Shown here piece after piece: positions 30,686 to 41,519 of a stretch of 64,000 nucleotides of DNA. Position 1 is the stretch's first letter; each line of letters begins with the position of its first letter. Below the pieces are notes generated by a model. The model saw nothing but the letters and a program-made list of their open reading frames with translations, was not told where the DNA came from and did no database searches. Source of the DNA: Candidatus Moraniibacteriota bacterium (GTDB lineage Bacteria; Patescibacteriota; Minisyncoccia; Moranbacterales; UBA1568); contig JAHFOO010000001.1 in the NCBI GenBank assembly GCA_023261645.1, forward strand, positions 3,871 to 67,870, given 5' to 3'. Made by a program: the position numbers and the translations under genes.

Positions 30686-32152
30686 ATGGCTCTCGCACAT
30701 AAAATTGCTTATAACGTTGTTTTCAATTCTTTTTTGAAAGTATTTTCAACGGTAGCCCTTTCTCTCTATTCGATTCGTTTGATTACCGGATATCTTGGAC
30801 AGGATGGTTTTGGCAAGTATTCGACCGTACTCGCCTTTTTCGCCTTTTTCTCCGCTTTGGCTGATTTGGGACTGAGTTCAGTAACAGCTCGTGAGATTTC
30901 TCGTGAAGGAGCTGACGAAAGCAAGATTTTAAGCAAGGTTCTCTCCTTACGACTGACATCCTCCTTTGTTGTTTTCTTACTGGCACCATTTTTGGTAATA
31001 TTTTTTGATTATCCGCTTGACCTGAAAATCGGTATTTTCATTGCTGCCGGAGCGATTCTCTTTTCCACGCTTTCATTGATGCTGAACGGTATTTTTCAGA
31101 AACGTGTGGCGATGGACAAAGTCGCTCTGGTAGAATTTCTTGGAAAACTTTTTCAGGTAGGTATAGTCATCCTTGTTGTAAGAGAAAATCTTGGTTTTCT
31201 CGCTATCGTTTCAACTCTCCTGGCATCACTTTCTTTCAACGCCCTCGTCGTTTTTTTTCTGAGCCGACGTTTCGTCCAATTTTCTCCAAAGATTGACTAT
31301 GCTTATTGGAAGAAATTTCTCCATGAGTCTCTGCCGATGGGTGTTACTGCCATCATCACCTTTACCTATTTCAAAATGGATACCATCCTTCTTTCCATCC
31401 TCCAAACGAGTTCTCATGTGGGTATCTACAATGTCGCCTATAAAGTTATGGAGAATCTTATCTTTTTCCCAGCGATGCTTGCCGGGCTGATTCTCCCACT
31501 TCTTTCACGATTTATTTACACCAACCGAAAACACTTTGAAGATATCGCCAACAAGACATTCAAAGTTTTTGTCATCATTGTCGTACCAATCGTAGCCGGC
31601 ACATGGTTTTTATCTGGAGACATCATTCGTATTGTGAGTGGAGATGCTTTCCTTGAATCCGCCCCCGTTCTGAGAATTCTTATTTTTGCGCTGGGCTTTA
31701 TTTTCTTTGGAAACTTCTTCAATATGTTACTTGTAGTCGGTAACGCTCAAAAAAAGCTTATGCAGACGCTTTTTTTCGTCGCCATCTTCAATCTTCTTTT
31801 GAATGCTTTTCTCATTCCACGTTTTTCCTACACAGGAGCAGCTTTTGCCTCGCTTGCGACAGAGATGTTTGTTGTCATAGCGACGAGCTTCCTTGTCTAT
31901 AAATATATCCACTATATCCCTTCTTTCGAAAGTGTCGGAAAGATTCTTCTCTCCGGAACAGTGATGGGCGTTATTCTTTTCTTTCTTTCCCCACACTCAT
32001 TTTTTCTTTCCGGCATAGGCGGAGTCGGTGCATATATTGGGATGTTGTGGTTGACGAAAGCGATCAGTTCGGAGGAAATTACGAGCCTTTTCCAGAAAGA
32101 GGAAGAAGTCCTTTTTTCTCCTGTTGAACCCATAGAAACACTGAATCCATAG
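30686..32152 (+). CDS. Wzx-like polysaccharide flippase
   Basis: Many TMs; DLGL, VGIYNVAYK, LIPRFSYTGAA. Confidence 0.85.
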   Translation: MALAHKIAYNVVFNSFLKVFSTVALSLYSIRLITGYLGQDGFGKYSTVLAFFAFFSALADLGLSSVTAREISREGADESKILSKVLSLRLTSSFVVFLLAPFLVIFFDYPLDLKIGIFIAAGAILFSTLSLMLNGIFQKRVAMDKVALVEFLGKLFQVGIVILVVRENLGFLAIVSTLLASLSFNALVVFFLSRRFVQFSPKIDYAYWKKFLHESLPMGVTAIITFTYFKMDTILLSILQTSSHVGIYNVAYKVMENLIFFPAMLAGLILPLLSRFIYTNRKHFEDIANKTFKVFVIIVVPIVAGTWFLSGDIIRIVSGDAFLESAPVLRILIFALGFIFFGNFFNMLLVVGNAQKKLMQTLFFVAIFNLLLNAFLIPRFSYTGAAFASLATEMFVVIATSFLVYKYIHYIPSFESVGKILLSGTVMGVILFFLSPHSFFLSGIGGVGAYIGMLWLTKAISSEEITSLFQKEEEVLFSPVEPIETLNP

Positions 32153-32231
32153 GGAGGTGTATTTTGAAGATAAAAATAGTTTGCTCTGAAATGATTTTGT
32201 CAAAAAAAATATAGATGAGTAACAAGGTTTT

Positions 32232-33098
32232 ATGACAAGTGTTCCTCGGGTAGGTATCATCGTTTTGAATTATAACGGGGACAAATGTCTGCCCTCTTGC
32301 CTTGCTTCTCTTGATCAGCTCGCCTATTCCAACAAAGAAATTATCGTAGTTGACAATGGTTCTTCCGATGATTCATTCTCTCGGGCAGGGAAGTCTTTCC
32401 CGCAGTTCACATTCGTACGTAATGGAAAGAATGAAGGATTCGCGAAAGGGATGAATATCGGGATGCGGCTGGCTTTTCTGCATAATGCGGACTGGTGTCT
32501 GCTTTTTAATTATGATGCGGAAATCGATATGCAGGCACTCTCTTCCCTTATGGTTGTTGCTGAGAAACATCCACGCGCCGGGCTTCTCAGTCCTATGATA
32601 TACGAAAAAGGAAGCAACCATCTTTGGTTTGGAAAAGGTAGGATAAAATTCTTACGTATGAGAGCAATACACGAAGAACCTTCTTCAGAAGATCTTGCAG
32701 CAGAAAGCTACCGAAGCGAATTTCTTACAGGATGTGCGCTTCTGATAAAAAAAGAAGTGACTATCGCTATTGGTCTGCTTGATGAACGCTTTTTCCTCTA
32801 CTATGAGGATGCTGATTATTCTTTACGGGCGACAGAGGCTGGGTTCGAGAATCTTGTCGTGCCACGGGCACGAGTGTGGCATAGTGAGGAAAGCAAGACC
32901 AACCCTAAGAAAACATACTTCCTCGTGTATTCAGGGCTTCTTTTCTTCAAAAAGCATACCCCGCTTCTTTTGCGACCATATATGGCGCTGTATGTTACAA
33001 TACGGAGGGTAAAAAACTCTCTGGATAGGGTATTTTGGAGAGAAAGTACTGTCGAAGAGGTTCACCTTGCGTATGAACAATTCTTTTATGAACACTAA
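32232..33098 (+). CDS. GT2 glycosyltransferase
   Basis: VLNYN, VVDNGSSD, TGCALLI, DERFFLYYEDADY. Confidence 0.9.
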   Translation: MTSVPRVGIIVLNYNGDKCLPSCLASLDQLAYSNKEIIVVDNGSSDDSFSRAGKSFPQFTFVRNGKNEGFAKGMNIGMRLAFLHNADWCLLFNYDAEIDMQALSSLMVVAEKHPRAGLLSPMIYEKGSNHLWFGKGRIKFLRMRAIHEEPSSEDLAAESYRSEFLTGCALLIKKEVTIAIGLLDERFFLYYEDADYSLRATEAGFENLVVPRARVWHSEESKTNPKKTYFLVYSGLLFFKKHTPLLLRPYMALYVTIRRVKNSLDRVFWRESTVEEVHLAYEQFFYEH

Positions 33099-33891
33099 TC
33101 CTTGCATCTCTCTCGTTTTCGTGAACTATCGAAGTGTTCAATATCTCAGAAAGGCTTTGGAGAGCCTTTTTTCTTTTGAAACAGAAAAAGATCTTTTTGA
33201 AGTGATTATTGTGAACAATGATCAGGCAGAACGGTCTGCTCTTGAGGAATTGAAACAAATATTTCCCCTTCTTTTAATAGGAGACGGTAAGAATGTCGGA
33301 TTCGGTTGTGGTAGTAACATCGGAGCGAGACAGGCACGCGGGAGTATTATAGGATTTATCAACCCGGATATTCTCTGGATAGGAACTCATTTATACGGCA
33401 TAGCGGGTATTTTTAATGAAAAAAAGAAATTAGGTATACTTGGTATGAGGATGCTTGATATCGATAGAAAAGAAGAGACTTGGAGTGTCGGCAAGGAACC
33501 GAGTCTGGTGAATCTTTTTTGTAATAATATTTTTCCATTGCGTCAGGCGAGGTGGACAAGGCAAGAAGTTTCTTTTCCGGATTGGGTCAGTGGCGGAGCA
33601 CTCTTCATACGGAAAGACCTCTTCCACGCTGTCGGAGGTTTTGATGAGCGCTTCTTTCTTTATTTTGAAGATGTCGATCTTTGCAAAAAAGTTCGTACAC
33701 TCGGTTTTTCTGTCGAACGTCATACGGAATATTCTCTTATCCATCTTGGTGGAAAAAGCAGGACCTCAGTACGGCTTCAAAAGAAACATTTCTATATTTC
33801 TCAAAAGAAGTATTTTAAAAAGTATCGGCCGATATGGGAAAGTACAATACTTCGAATACTACAGTTTTTTTTCTGTACGAATAGAATATGA
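33088..33891 (+). CDS. GT2 glycosyltransferase
   Basis: VNY, NVGFG, FINPD, WVSGGAL, GFDERFFLYFEDVD. Confidence 0.9.
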   Translation: MNTNPCISLVFVNYRSVQYLRKALESLFSFETEKDLFEVIIVNNDQAERSALEELKQIFPLLLIGDGKNVGFGCGSNIGARQARGSIIGFINPDILWIGTHLYGIAGIFNEKKKLGILGMRMLDIDRKEETWSVGKEPSLVNLFCNNIFPLRQARWTRQEVSFPDWVSGGALFIRKDLFHAVGGFDERFFLYFEDVDLCKKVRTLGFSVERHTEYSLIHLGGKSRTSVRLQKKHFYISQKKYFKKYRPIWESTILRILQFFFCTNRI

Positions 33892-35153
33892 GTATGTTTG
33901 AAAAAATAATCCTTTTCTTCCTTTTCTTTCTCCCTTTCCAATTCGCCCTACATCCGACCGAGGGAATTGATTTGGCTTTGATTCGCGTGCTGGCCATAGG
34001 AATTTTTCTTTTATGGGGAATGAGGAGTCTTTTGAGAAAAAAAATTATCGTGCCGAAGCCACTGACACTCTTCTTTTTTTCAGCCTATCTTCTGTGGGCG
34101 ACAGCTTCAATTTTGTGGGCAGAAAACCCTGATTGGGCGTTTCGGAAAGTTGCATTTTTATTCTCTTTCTTTCCACTCTTTCTTGTTTTCTTCGCAACAC
34201 TCCGCCAGGTCGCCTTTCGAGAAAAAGCCCTGAAAGCTTTGGCAGGCGGTGCCATCATAAGTGCTATTCTCGCTCTGATACAATTTTTTTCACAGTTTGT
34301 TTTCGGCGTAGAAAAAGTATTCGCTTTTTGGGTAAGAGAAATACTGCCCTTTTTTCTCGGTCCGACTTTCAGTACCACGGTAGCAGAATATCCAAGTCTC
34401 TTGGTGAATATCTCCGGTAATACCATTATGAGGGCGATAAGTTTTTTTCCGGATCCGCATATGTTTTCTTTTTTTCTTGGAATGTCGCTTCCTCTTATCA
34501 TCGCTCTTTCTTTGAAGAATAAATCAGGGAAATGGTATGTCTGGACTATTGGTGCAGGGGTAGTTTTCTTGGCAGATATATTCACTTTCTCGCGAGGAGG
34601 ATATGTCGGATTGATTTTTGGTGCAGTCGCATTTTCTCTTTCGCTTTTTTTACGATCTTTCCAATGGAAAAAACAGATGCTTCGAGTGGGAATAGTGGTA
34701 CTTGTTCTCTCTGGTGTGGTATTTTTCAGTCCGGTAGGAACACGTCTCTTCTCGAGTTTTTCGCAAAGTGATACTTCAAATATTGAGCGTCTCCGTCTGT
34801 GGCGAGAAGCCGTAGTCTTTATCCTTGAAAATCCGATTTTTGGAACGGGCCTTGGAAACTACCCTCTTTTCATCAAGCCAAGTGCGGATTATCGGGAGCC
34901 TATCTATGCTCATAATTTATATTTGGATATAGCCTCAGAATCCGGACTCGTCGGACTTTTCTTTTTCTGCGGATTTCTTTTCTCTGGTATTTTTTCTTCT
35001 TGGAAAAAATGGAGGAGAGAGCAGAATATTTTCTGGTTGGCATCTTTTTCCTCACTCATTATTTTTTCCGTTCACGCCTTCTTTGAAACACCTCTTTTTT
35101 CCGTGCATATACTCCCGCTCCTTCTTTTTCTGATAGCTCTCTGTGTATTATAA
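33888..35153 (+). CDS. O-antigen ligase/polymerase-like membrane protein
   Basis: Multi-TM; TFSRGG, RLRLW, GTGLGNY, AHNLYL. Confidence 0.8.
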   Translation: MSMFEKIILFFLFFLPFQFALHPTEGIDLALIRVLAIGIFLLWGMRSLLRKKIIVPKPLTLFFFSAYLLWATASILWAENPDWAFRKVAFLFSFFPLFLVFFATLRQVAFREKALKALAGGAIISAILALIQFFSQFVFGVEKVFAFWVREILPFFLGPTFSTTVAEYPSLLVNISGNTIMRAISFFPDPHMFSFFLGMSLPLIIALSLKNKSGKWYVWTIGAGVVFLADIFTFSRGGYVGLIFGAVAFSLSLFLRSFQWKKQMLRVGIVVLVLSGVVFFSPVGTRLFSSFSQSDTSNIERLRLWREAVVFILENPIFGTGLGNYPLFIKPSADYREPIYAHNLYLDIASESGLVGLFFFCGFLFSGIFSSWKKWRREQNIFWLASFSSLIIFSVHAFFETPLFSVHILPLLLFLIALCVL

Positions 35154-35215
35154 TAAGAAGAGATTGATGGCATCCCTCAAATTTTCCAGACGTCTTTATT
35201 ATCAATTACTGTCGT

Positions 35216-36463
35216 ATGCCGAAAGAAAAATCCATCATTCAAATCTGTATTGCGGTGAGTATTCTGCTTCTCCCTGTGGCACACTGGAAAACGATTCTTT
35301 TCGGTATCCCTCTTTATAGTGTTGAAATACCGGTAGTAGTAGCTTTCGTGGTTTATTTATACGGATGGTGGCGGGATATCTTTGTCCTTCCTGGACGCAT
35401 CAATTTCCGTAACCCACTCATTCTTGGGATAGGAGCATTTTTTCTTGGTGCCGTGCTTTCTTTTTCCTTCAACCCATTCTCTTGGACTGGACTTGGAATG
35501 ATAAAAACATGGTTTGTTGTACCACTCCTTGCTGTATGGCTCTGGCTTGAAACAAAGCCGGATAAACGAGAAATAGAACGGATAGTGTTTGTTTGGCTCT
35601 GTGTCACAGGAGTGGTTTCCTTGGCGAGCCTCGGATATTGGTTGCAGGATATGCTGACATTTGACGGTCGCCTCCGCGCTTGGTACTCATCTCCGAATTA
35701 TCTTGCTTCCTTTGTGGTTCCAGGAATACTCTTTGCTTATTATTTCGCTTTCCATCCGAGCATTTCGAGGAAAAAGGTTTTTCAGGGACTTCTCTTCCTT
35801 ACCTTTCTTCTTCTGACAATCACGCTTTTCTTGACGCATTCATACGCGGTGTGGGCGAGTGTCGTCGTAGCAGAATGTATTTTTCTTTTTTTTGATACGA
35901 CGATTTTTTCTCGGAAAAAAAAAGAAGCCATTTTGTTCCTGCTTATAGCCATTGTCGGGATTTTTATTTTTTCCGAAGCAGGAAGCGAAAAATGGCAAGC
36001 TATTGTTTCTTTGCAAGATCGATCATCTTTGGCTTCCCGGTTGATCATATGGAATGTTGCGACAGAAATTATTTCTTTCCATCCTCTTTTCGGCATCGGC
36101 ATCGGTCGATTCCAAGAAGTATATCTTTCTTTTCAATCGTTCTTCCCGCCGTATCTGGAGTGGGCGGTGCCACAGCCACACAATCTTTATCTGGCTGTAT
36201 GGTTGCAGACAGGACTCATCGGTCTTTCTGGTTTTGTCTTGCTTTGCATAATATGGTTGAAACAACTCTTCATACTTCAGAAATCACCAAATGAAGATGC
36301 TGGGAGAAGAAGACTGAGCACCCTTTTTATTTCGATGCTTTCCCTTTTTCTTCTTCTTGGCTTGGTCGACACACCATTTTTCAAGACCGATCTGGCATTT
36401 TCTTTTTGGTTCCTTATTGCTTTGGGTATAAGTCTTGCTGAAAAACAGACAAATATTGAGTAA
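35216..36463 (+). CDS. O-antigen ligase-like membrane protein
   Basis: Multi-TM; SPNYLA, SRLIIW, GIGIGRF, PHNLYL. Confidence 0.8.
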   Translation: MPKEKSIIQICIAVSILLLPVAHWKTILFGIPLYSVEIPVVVAFVVYLYGWWRDIFVLPGRINFRNPLILGIGAFFLGAVLSFSFNPFSWTGLGMIKTWFVVPLLAVWLWLETKPDKREIERIVFVWLCVTGVVSLASLGYWLQDMLTFDGRLRAWYSSPNYLASFVVPGILFAYYFAFHPSISRKKVFQGLLFLTFLLLTITLFLTHSYAVWASVVVAECIFLFFDTTIFSRKKKEAILFLLIAIVGIFIFSEAGSEKWQAIVSLQDRSSLASRLIIWNVATEIISFHPLFGIGIGRFQEVYLSFQSFFPPYLEWAVPQPHNLYLAVWLQTGLIGLSGFVLLCIIWLKQLFILQKSPNEDAGRRRLSTLFISMLSLFLLLGLVDTPFFKTDLAFSFWFLIALGISLAEKQTNIE

Positions 36464-36716
36464 GAGAAGCGTTGTTTGTTCTCTGGATAGTAAGGCTTGC
36501 CAAAAAAGACAATATCGTATATACTAGTCAGAGCTTGAGAATATTTGAGGTAATTAGATTAACACAACTGAATACGAAGATGGTTCAATCTTCATTTCCG
36601 CAGTCGTTTCTCTAAAACACCCGAATATAATGGTGTTTTTTGCTTTTATAGAAGGTTTTTGCTCATTTAATTCTTTATCGCGAGTGAGAGCATACTCGCA
36701 ACATCGAAATACGTTT

Positions 36717-37922
36717 ATGACAAAAGTTACACAAATTGAAGAGGTTCCTTCCAATCCATCGGCTATGGATGAGCTTTTTACCAAGCATATGGTAGAAATC
36801 CCTGAAGTAGGCGAGGTCGTTCAAGGAACTGTCATTCATGTCGCTTCGAGTTATGCTTTGATTGACCTCGGATCTATCGGAACGGGAATCGTCCTTGGGA
36901 AAGAAATGCGTGATGGTCTTGGTCCTGAAGGAAAACTGAAGGTCGGTACGACTATCATCGCGACACTGATGGATTACGAGAATGAGGATGGATATATCGA
37001 ATTGTCTATTCGTGAAGCTTCTTATGAAAAATCATGGGATGATATAGAACACAAGCTCACAAATCGTGAGGTCGTCACAACGAAAGTAATCGAAGCCAAC
37101 AAGGGAGGGCTGATGATCGAAATCAACGGCATCGCCGGATTTCTCCCCGTGTCCCAGCTCTCGAGTGAACATTATCCTCGTGTTGAGGATGGTGACAAAA
37201 ATAAGATTCTCGATCTGCTCAAGAAATTGATCGGACAAGAAGTACATGTCCGTATACTGGATGCTGATCGTGAAAATGAGAAGCTTATCGCCAGTGAAAA
37301 GGCGGCACAGAGCGAAAAAGAACGAGAACTGATCAATCTTCTCCGTGTCGGTGAGATAGTGAGTGGTGAAGTGAGCGGGGTTGTTGACTTCGGTGCCTTC
37401 GTGAAATTCACTCCGGCAACAAAGGAAGGTGAGAAAAAATCCGTGGAAAAACTCGAAGGATTGGTGCATATCTCTGAACTTGCATGGCAACTCATCGATG
37501 ATCCGCGTGAAGTTATTAAGACAGGTGATCATGTCGAAGCCAAAATCATTGGTATCGAAGATACACGTATCTCCCTTTCTATGAAAGCCCTCAAAGAAGA
37601 TCCTTGGAATGTCGTTCTTGAGAAATATAAGGTGGATGACATTGTTCCTGGAAAAGTAGACAAAATCAATCATTTCGGAGCATTTGTCTATCTCAATAAA
37701 GATATCCATGGTTTGGCTCACGTGAGTGAATTTTCCGAAATTTATCCCGGCAAAAAAATTGAAGAAGTCTTCAAAGAAGGAGAAACCTATTCTTGGAAGA
37801 TCCTCTCTATCGAGCCAAAAAGTCATCGTATGGGATTGCTTCCCGTAAAGGAGGATACTCCGAAAGAAAGCAAAGAAGTCAAGACGAAAAAAGTGAAGGA
37901 AGTCGAAGAGGAAAAAGCTTAA
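36717..37922 (+). CDS. rpsA: 30S ribosomal protein S1 (four S1 domains)
   Basis: Repeated S1 motifs: GFLPVSQL, FGAFV...GLVHISEL, FGAFV...GLAHVSE. Confidence 0.9.
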   Translation: MTKVTQIEEVPSNPSAMDELFTKHMVEIPEVGEVVQGTVIHVASSYALIDLGSIGTGIVLGKEMRDGLGPEGKLKVGTTIIATLMDYENEDGYIELSIREASYEKSWDDIEHKLTNREVVTTKVIEANKGGLMIEINGIAGFLPVSQLSSEHYPRVEDGDKNKILDLLKKLIGQEVHVRILDADRENEKLIASEKAAQSEKERELINLLRVGEIVSGEVSGVVDFGAFVKFTPATKEGEKKSVEKLEGLVHISELAWQLIDDPREVIKTGDHVEAKIIGIEDTRISLSMKALKEDPWNVVLEKYKVDDIVPGKVDKINHFGAFVYLNKDIHGLAHVSEFSEIYPGKKIEEVFKEGETYSWKILSIEPKSHRMGLLPVKEDTPKESKEVKTKKVKEVEEEKA

Positions 37923-37998
37923 TGCCGAAAAAACATCTCTGTTTGTGCAACTTGTCTGCTAGCAAACAGAGATGTTTTTGTAAAAGCAACTGAAAAAT

Positions 37999-38568
37999 AT
38001 GAAAAATATTTTTATTATTTCCGGGCCGGCTGGTTCTGGCAAAGATGCTGTCATCGATGGCTTGAGCAAACTTCTGTCCATCACGCGAGTAATCACTACC
38101 ACGACGCGAGCTCCACGGATAGGAGAAACAGACGGTCATCCCTACCACTTTGTTTCGCGTCAAGAATTTGAACAGGCTATTGTTGAAAAAAAATTCATCG
38201 AATATTCAACCAACGAAAATAATGAACTGTATGGTGTCACGTCTGAGGAGCTGGATCGAATGGCTCATTCGGAAAATATTGGAATATGGAAAATGGATTG
38301 GAAAGGCGTGATCTCCGCTAAAAAACTTTTTCCCGATATCATCGCATTGTTTATAAGCGCTCCCCTCGATGTGCTCGAAAGCCGATTGCGGAAACGTGAT
38401 GCATCGAAAATCAACGATGATTATTTTCGCGAACGTATGGAGTATACTAGAGAGTGGCTCAAACACACTGACATTTATGATTTCATCATCGAAAACGAAC
38501 AAGGTAAGCTCGATGAAGCGATCCAAAAAGTCTTCGCTATCATCAAAGAGCACACTACTGTCATATAA
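37999..38568 (+). CDS. gmk: Guanylate kinase
   Basis: SGPAGSGK, TTTRAPRIGETDGHPYHFVS, YG. Confidence 0.88.
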   Translation: MKNIFIISGPAGSGKDAVIDGLSKLLSITRVITTTTRAPRIGETDGHPYHFVSRQEFEQAIVEKKFIEYSTNENNELYGVTSEELDRMAHSENIGIWKMDWKGVISAKKLFPDIIALFISAPLDVLESRLRKRDASKINDDYFRERMEYTREWLKHTDIYDFIIENEQGKLDEAIQKVFAIIKEHTTVI

Positions 38569-39547
38569 AACGCCATATTCGCCATTTGTTCGGCGTTTTA
38601 TCAAGCTGGTTTTGAATACTGTCAACAAGTTTGATCTCTGGGAAAAAGGAGATTCTTTTATTGTCTGTGTTTCTGGAGGTCCGGACAGTCTTTGTCTTCT
38701 GGACGTGTTGACGTTGCTCCAGAAAAAACAGAACTTTACGCTCCACATCGCCCATGTGAATTATCATTTACGAGGAAAGGATTCGGATTCCGATGAAGCG
38801 CTTGTCAGGGCTTATGCCGAAAATTATTCCCTCCCTCTTACCGTCTTTTCTCAGAAAAAAAATATACAGAGTGTCTCCGAGGAAAAGCTCCGTGATATCC
38901 GGTATAGTTTTTTCGAGAAACTTCGTATGAAAGAGAACGCGGATCATATTGTCGTTGCGCATAACCAGGATGACCAGGCGGAAACACTTCTGATGCGACT
39001 CTTACGCGGTTCCGGACTTTCCGGACTTTCTGCTATGCGACCTAAAAACGGCTCCATCACCCGACCGCTCATCGAAATGAATCGCAGTGATATCCTGCAG
39101 TATCTGAAGGAGCGCAACATCACCTTTCGAGAAGATAAGAGTAACAGTGATTCTCGCTATCTCCGCAATAAGGTTCGTCACGAATTGATTCCTTTTCTTG
39201 AAGAAAAATTTCAACCGCAGACAAGAAAGCTTTTGGCTGAAACGGCCACCCTCCTTGGCGAAGACTACGCCGTTCTCTCGGATATTCCGACAGAACTTTC
39301 TTTCAAGCAGGAAGACCTTTCAGTAGAATTCTCACGCACGATTCTTTTGAAGCTTCCAACTGCTCTGATTCATCAAGAAATTCGCGCCTTACTCCGTCCC
39401 TTTCTTGGCGGAAAAAATCCGGATAAGAACCTCATAAATGAGCTTATGAAAGCCATCAAGAGTACAAAAAGTAAAACTCAGACACTGACTTTCAAGGGAT
39501 TGAAATTTATTCGAAAGGGTGATAGAGTAAGGCTACTCAATTTTTAA
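38558..39547 (+). CDS. tilS: tRNA(Ile)-lysidine synthetase; start uncertain (CTG 38558 or TTG 38612)
   Basis: VSGGPDS, HVNYHLRG, AHNQDDQAET, RPL, RNKVRH. Confidence 0.93.
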   Translation: MSYKTPYSPFVRRFIKLVLNTVNKFDLWEKGDSFIVCVSGGPDSLCLLDVLTLLQKKQNFTLHIAHVNYHLRGKDSDSDEALVRAYAENYSLPLTVFSQKKNIQSVSEEKLRDIRYSFFEKLRMKENADHIVVAHNQDDQAETLLMRLLRGSGLSGLSAMRPKNGSITRPLIEMNRSDILQYLKERNITFREDKSNSDSRYLRNKVRHELIPFLEEKFQPQTRKLLAETATLLGEDYAVLSDIPTELSFKQEDLSVEFSRTILLKLPTALIHQEIRALLRPFLGGKNPDKNLINELMKAIKSTKSKTQTLTFKGLKFIRKGDRVRLLNF

Positions 39548-39594
39548 GAGAGACCAAAGCATTTTAACTCTTTATTCGCCCCAACTCTACACAT

Positions 39595-41445
39595 ATGGAA
39601 AAAATTCTTAAGAACCTTTTCACTATCATCCTGCTCTTTCTACTTCTCTCCGGCATTATCATCCTCTATCAGTCACCGGACAAGAAACCGACGAATATAT
39701 CTTTGAGCGAGCTCGTTACCGAAATCAATCAGGATAAGGTGAAGACGATCACTATTCAGAACAATATTCTCGATATCGAGTTGCAAGATGGAAGCAAGCA
39801 GAAGGCCAGCAAGGAATCAGAAAGCTCTCTCACAGAGACGCTGGCGAACTACGGTATCGACAAGGAAAAAGTGAAAAATGTTTCCATTGCCGTCAAAGAA
39901 GATTCAGGATGGTCATTCTGGCTTTCTGCTATTTTGCCGTTCCTGCTCCCGTTCTTGCTCATTGGTGCCTTTATCTGGTTTATGCTCCGTCAGGCACAGC
40001 GTGGCAATGCTCAGGCGCTTTCTTTCGGAACAAGTCGTGCTCGTATGATCGATCCGAAAGACAAGAAAAAACGGACTACATTTGCCGATATTGCCGGTGC
40101 ACAAGAAACGAAAACCGAACTGGAAGAAATTGTCGATTTTTTGAAACATCCCAAAAAATTTCTTAGTATGGGAGCGAAGATCCCGAAGGGAGTACTGCTT
40201 CTCGGTCCTCCGGGAACAGGGAAGACGCTTATGGCCAAGGCAGTTGCCGGTGAAGCCGGAGTCCCGTTCTTCAATATCAGCGGTTCGGAGTTTGTGGAAA
40301 TGTTTGTCGGTGTCGGAGCGAGTCGTGTCCGAGATCTCTTCAAACAAGCCAAAAAAAATGCTCCATCCATCGTCTTTATCGATGAGATTGATGCCGTTGG
40401 TCGCCATCGTGGTTCAGGACTTGGTGGTGGGCACGACGAACGTGAACAAACATTGAACCAGATTCTCGTTGAAATGGACGGTTTTGAGACCGACACGAGT
40501 GTTATCGTCATTGCTGCTACCAATCGTCCGGACGTGCTCGATCCTGCCCTCCTTCGTCCCGGCCGTTTCGATCGGCGTGTCACGATGGATCTCCCTGATA
40601 TCAATGAACGTGAGCAGATTCTTGTTATTCATACAAAAAACAAACCTATTGAAAAGAGTGTTTCCTTGCGTGTCATTGCAGAACGGACCCCGGGATTTTC
40701 CGGTGCCGATCTTGCAAACCTTGTGAATGAAGGAGCTATTCTTGCTACGCGTCGAAACAAAAAAACGATCGATATGCCGGAACTGACGGAGTCCATTGAG
40801 AAAGTCATTCTTGGACCGGAACGTCGCAGCAGAGTAATCAATAAAAAAGAAAAAGAAATCATCGCTTATCATGAAGGTGGTCACGCTCTCGTTGGTGCCA
40901 GTCTCCTCTATGCCGATCCTGTTCAAAAGGTATCAATTATCTCTCGTGGACACGCTGGCGGGTATACACTAGCTGTTCCTTCAGAAGACAAGAGTCTTCA
41001 TTCCCATAATTATTTCTTGGATGAATTGGCGATGCTTCTCGGAGGATATGCGAGCGAAAAACTCATTTTTAACGATACGACGACCGGGCCATCGAGTGAC
41101 TTGGAACGTGCGACACATATGGCTCGCAATATGGTCACTCGTTATGGAATGAGCCGTCTCGGCGCGCGAACATTCGGAAAGAAGGAGGAAATGATTTTCC
41201 TGGGTCGCGAAACACACGAGGACAGAGATTATTCAGAAAAGACTGCCCAAGATATCGATGGGGAAGTTTCTCTTCTCATCAATACCGCTTTCGAGCGTGC
41301 TACGAAGATCTTGAATGAACGACGCCTTGTCTTAGATACATTGGCGCACACGCTTCTCGAAAAAGAGACTCTTGAAAAGGATGAATTTGATGCTATTGTC
41401 GGAGAAATTCCGGCAGAAAAGGTACCAAAAGAAGAGAGGATATAA
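39595..41445 (+). CDS. ftsH: ATP-dependent zinc metalloprotease FtsH
   Basis: Two TMs, [29 protein letters not shown]. Confidence 0.97.
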   Translation: MEKILKNLFTIILLFLLLSGIIILYQSPDKKPTNISLSELVTEINQDKVKTITIQNNILDIELQDGSKQKASKESESSLTETLANYGIDKEKVKNVSIAVKEDSGWSFWLSAILPFLLPFLLIGAFIWFMLRQAQRGNAQALSFGTSRARMIDPKDKKKRTTFADIAGAQETKTELEEIVDFLKHPKKFLSMGAKIPKGVLLLGPPGTGKTLMAKAVAGEAGVPFFNISGSEFVEMFVGVGASRVRDLFKQAKKNAPSIVFIDEIDAVGRHRGSGLGGGHDEREQTLNQILVEMDGFETDTSVIVIAATNRPDVLDPALLRPGRFDRRVTMDLPDINEREQILVIHTKNKPIEKSVSLRVIAERTPGFSGADLANLVNEGAILATRRNKKTIDMPELTESIEKVILGPERRSRVINKKEKEIIAYHEGGHALVGASLLYADPVQKVSIISRGHAGGYTLAVPSEDKSLHSHNYFLDELAMLLGGYASEKLIFNDTTTGPSSDLERATHMARNMVTRYGMSRLGARTFGKKEEMIFLGRETHEDRDYSEKTAQDIDGEVSLLINTAFERATKILNERRLVLDTLAHTLLEKETLEKDEFDAIVGEIPAEKVPKEERI

Positions 41446-41519
41446 AGGAGAAATATTCCTTGTAGTTCCCCTGTCTATCGACAGACAGGGGCTGATAATG
41501 AAATTCCTGTTTGTGAACT

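Noticed and set aside
38369-38557. N-terminal extension of tilS in the ORF track
   Set aside because: Overlaps gmk by about 200 bp in another frame; unlikely to be translated.
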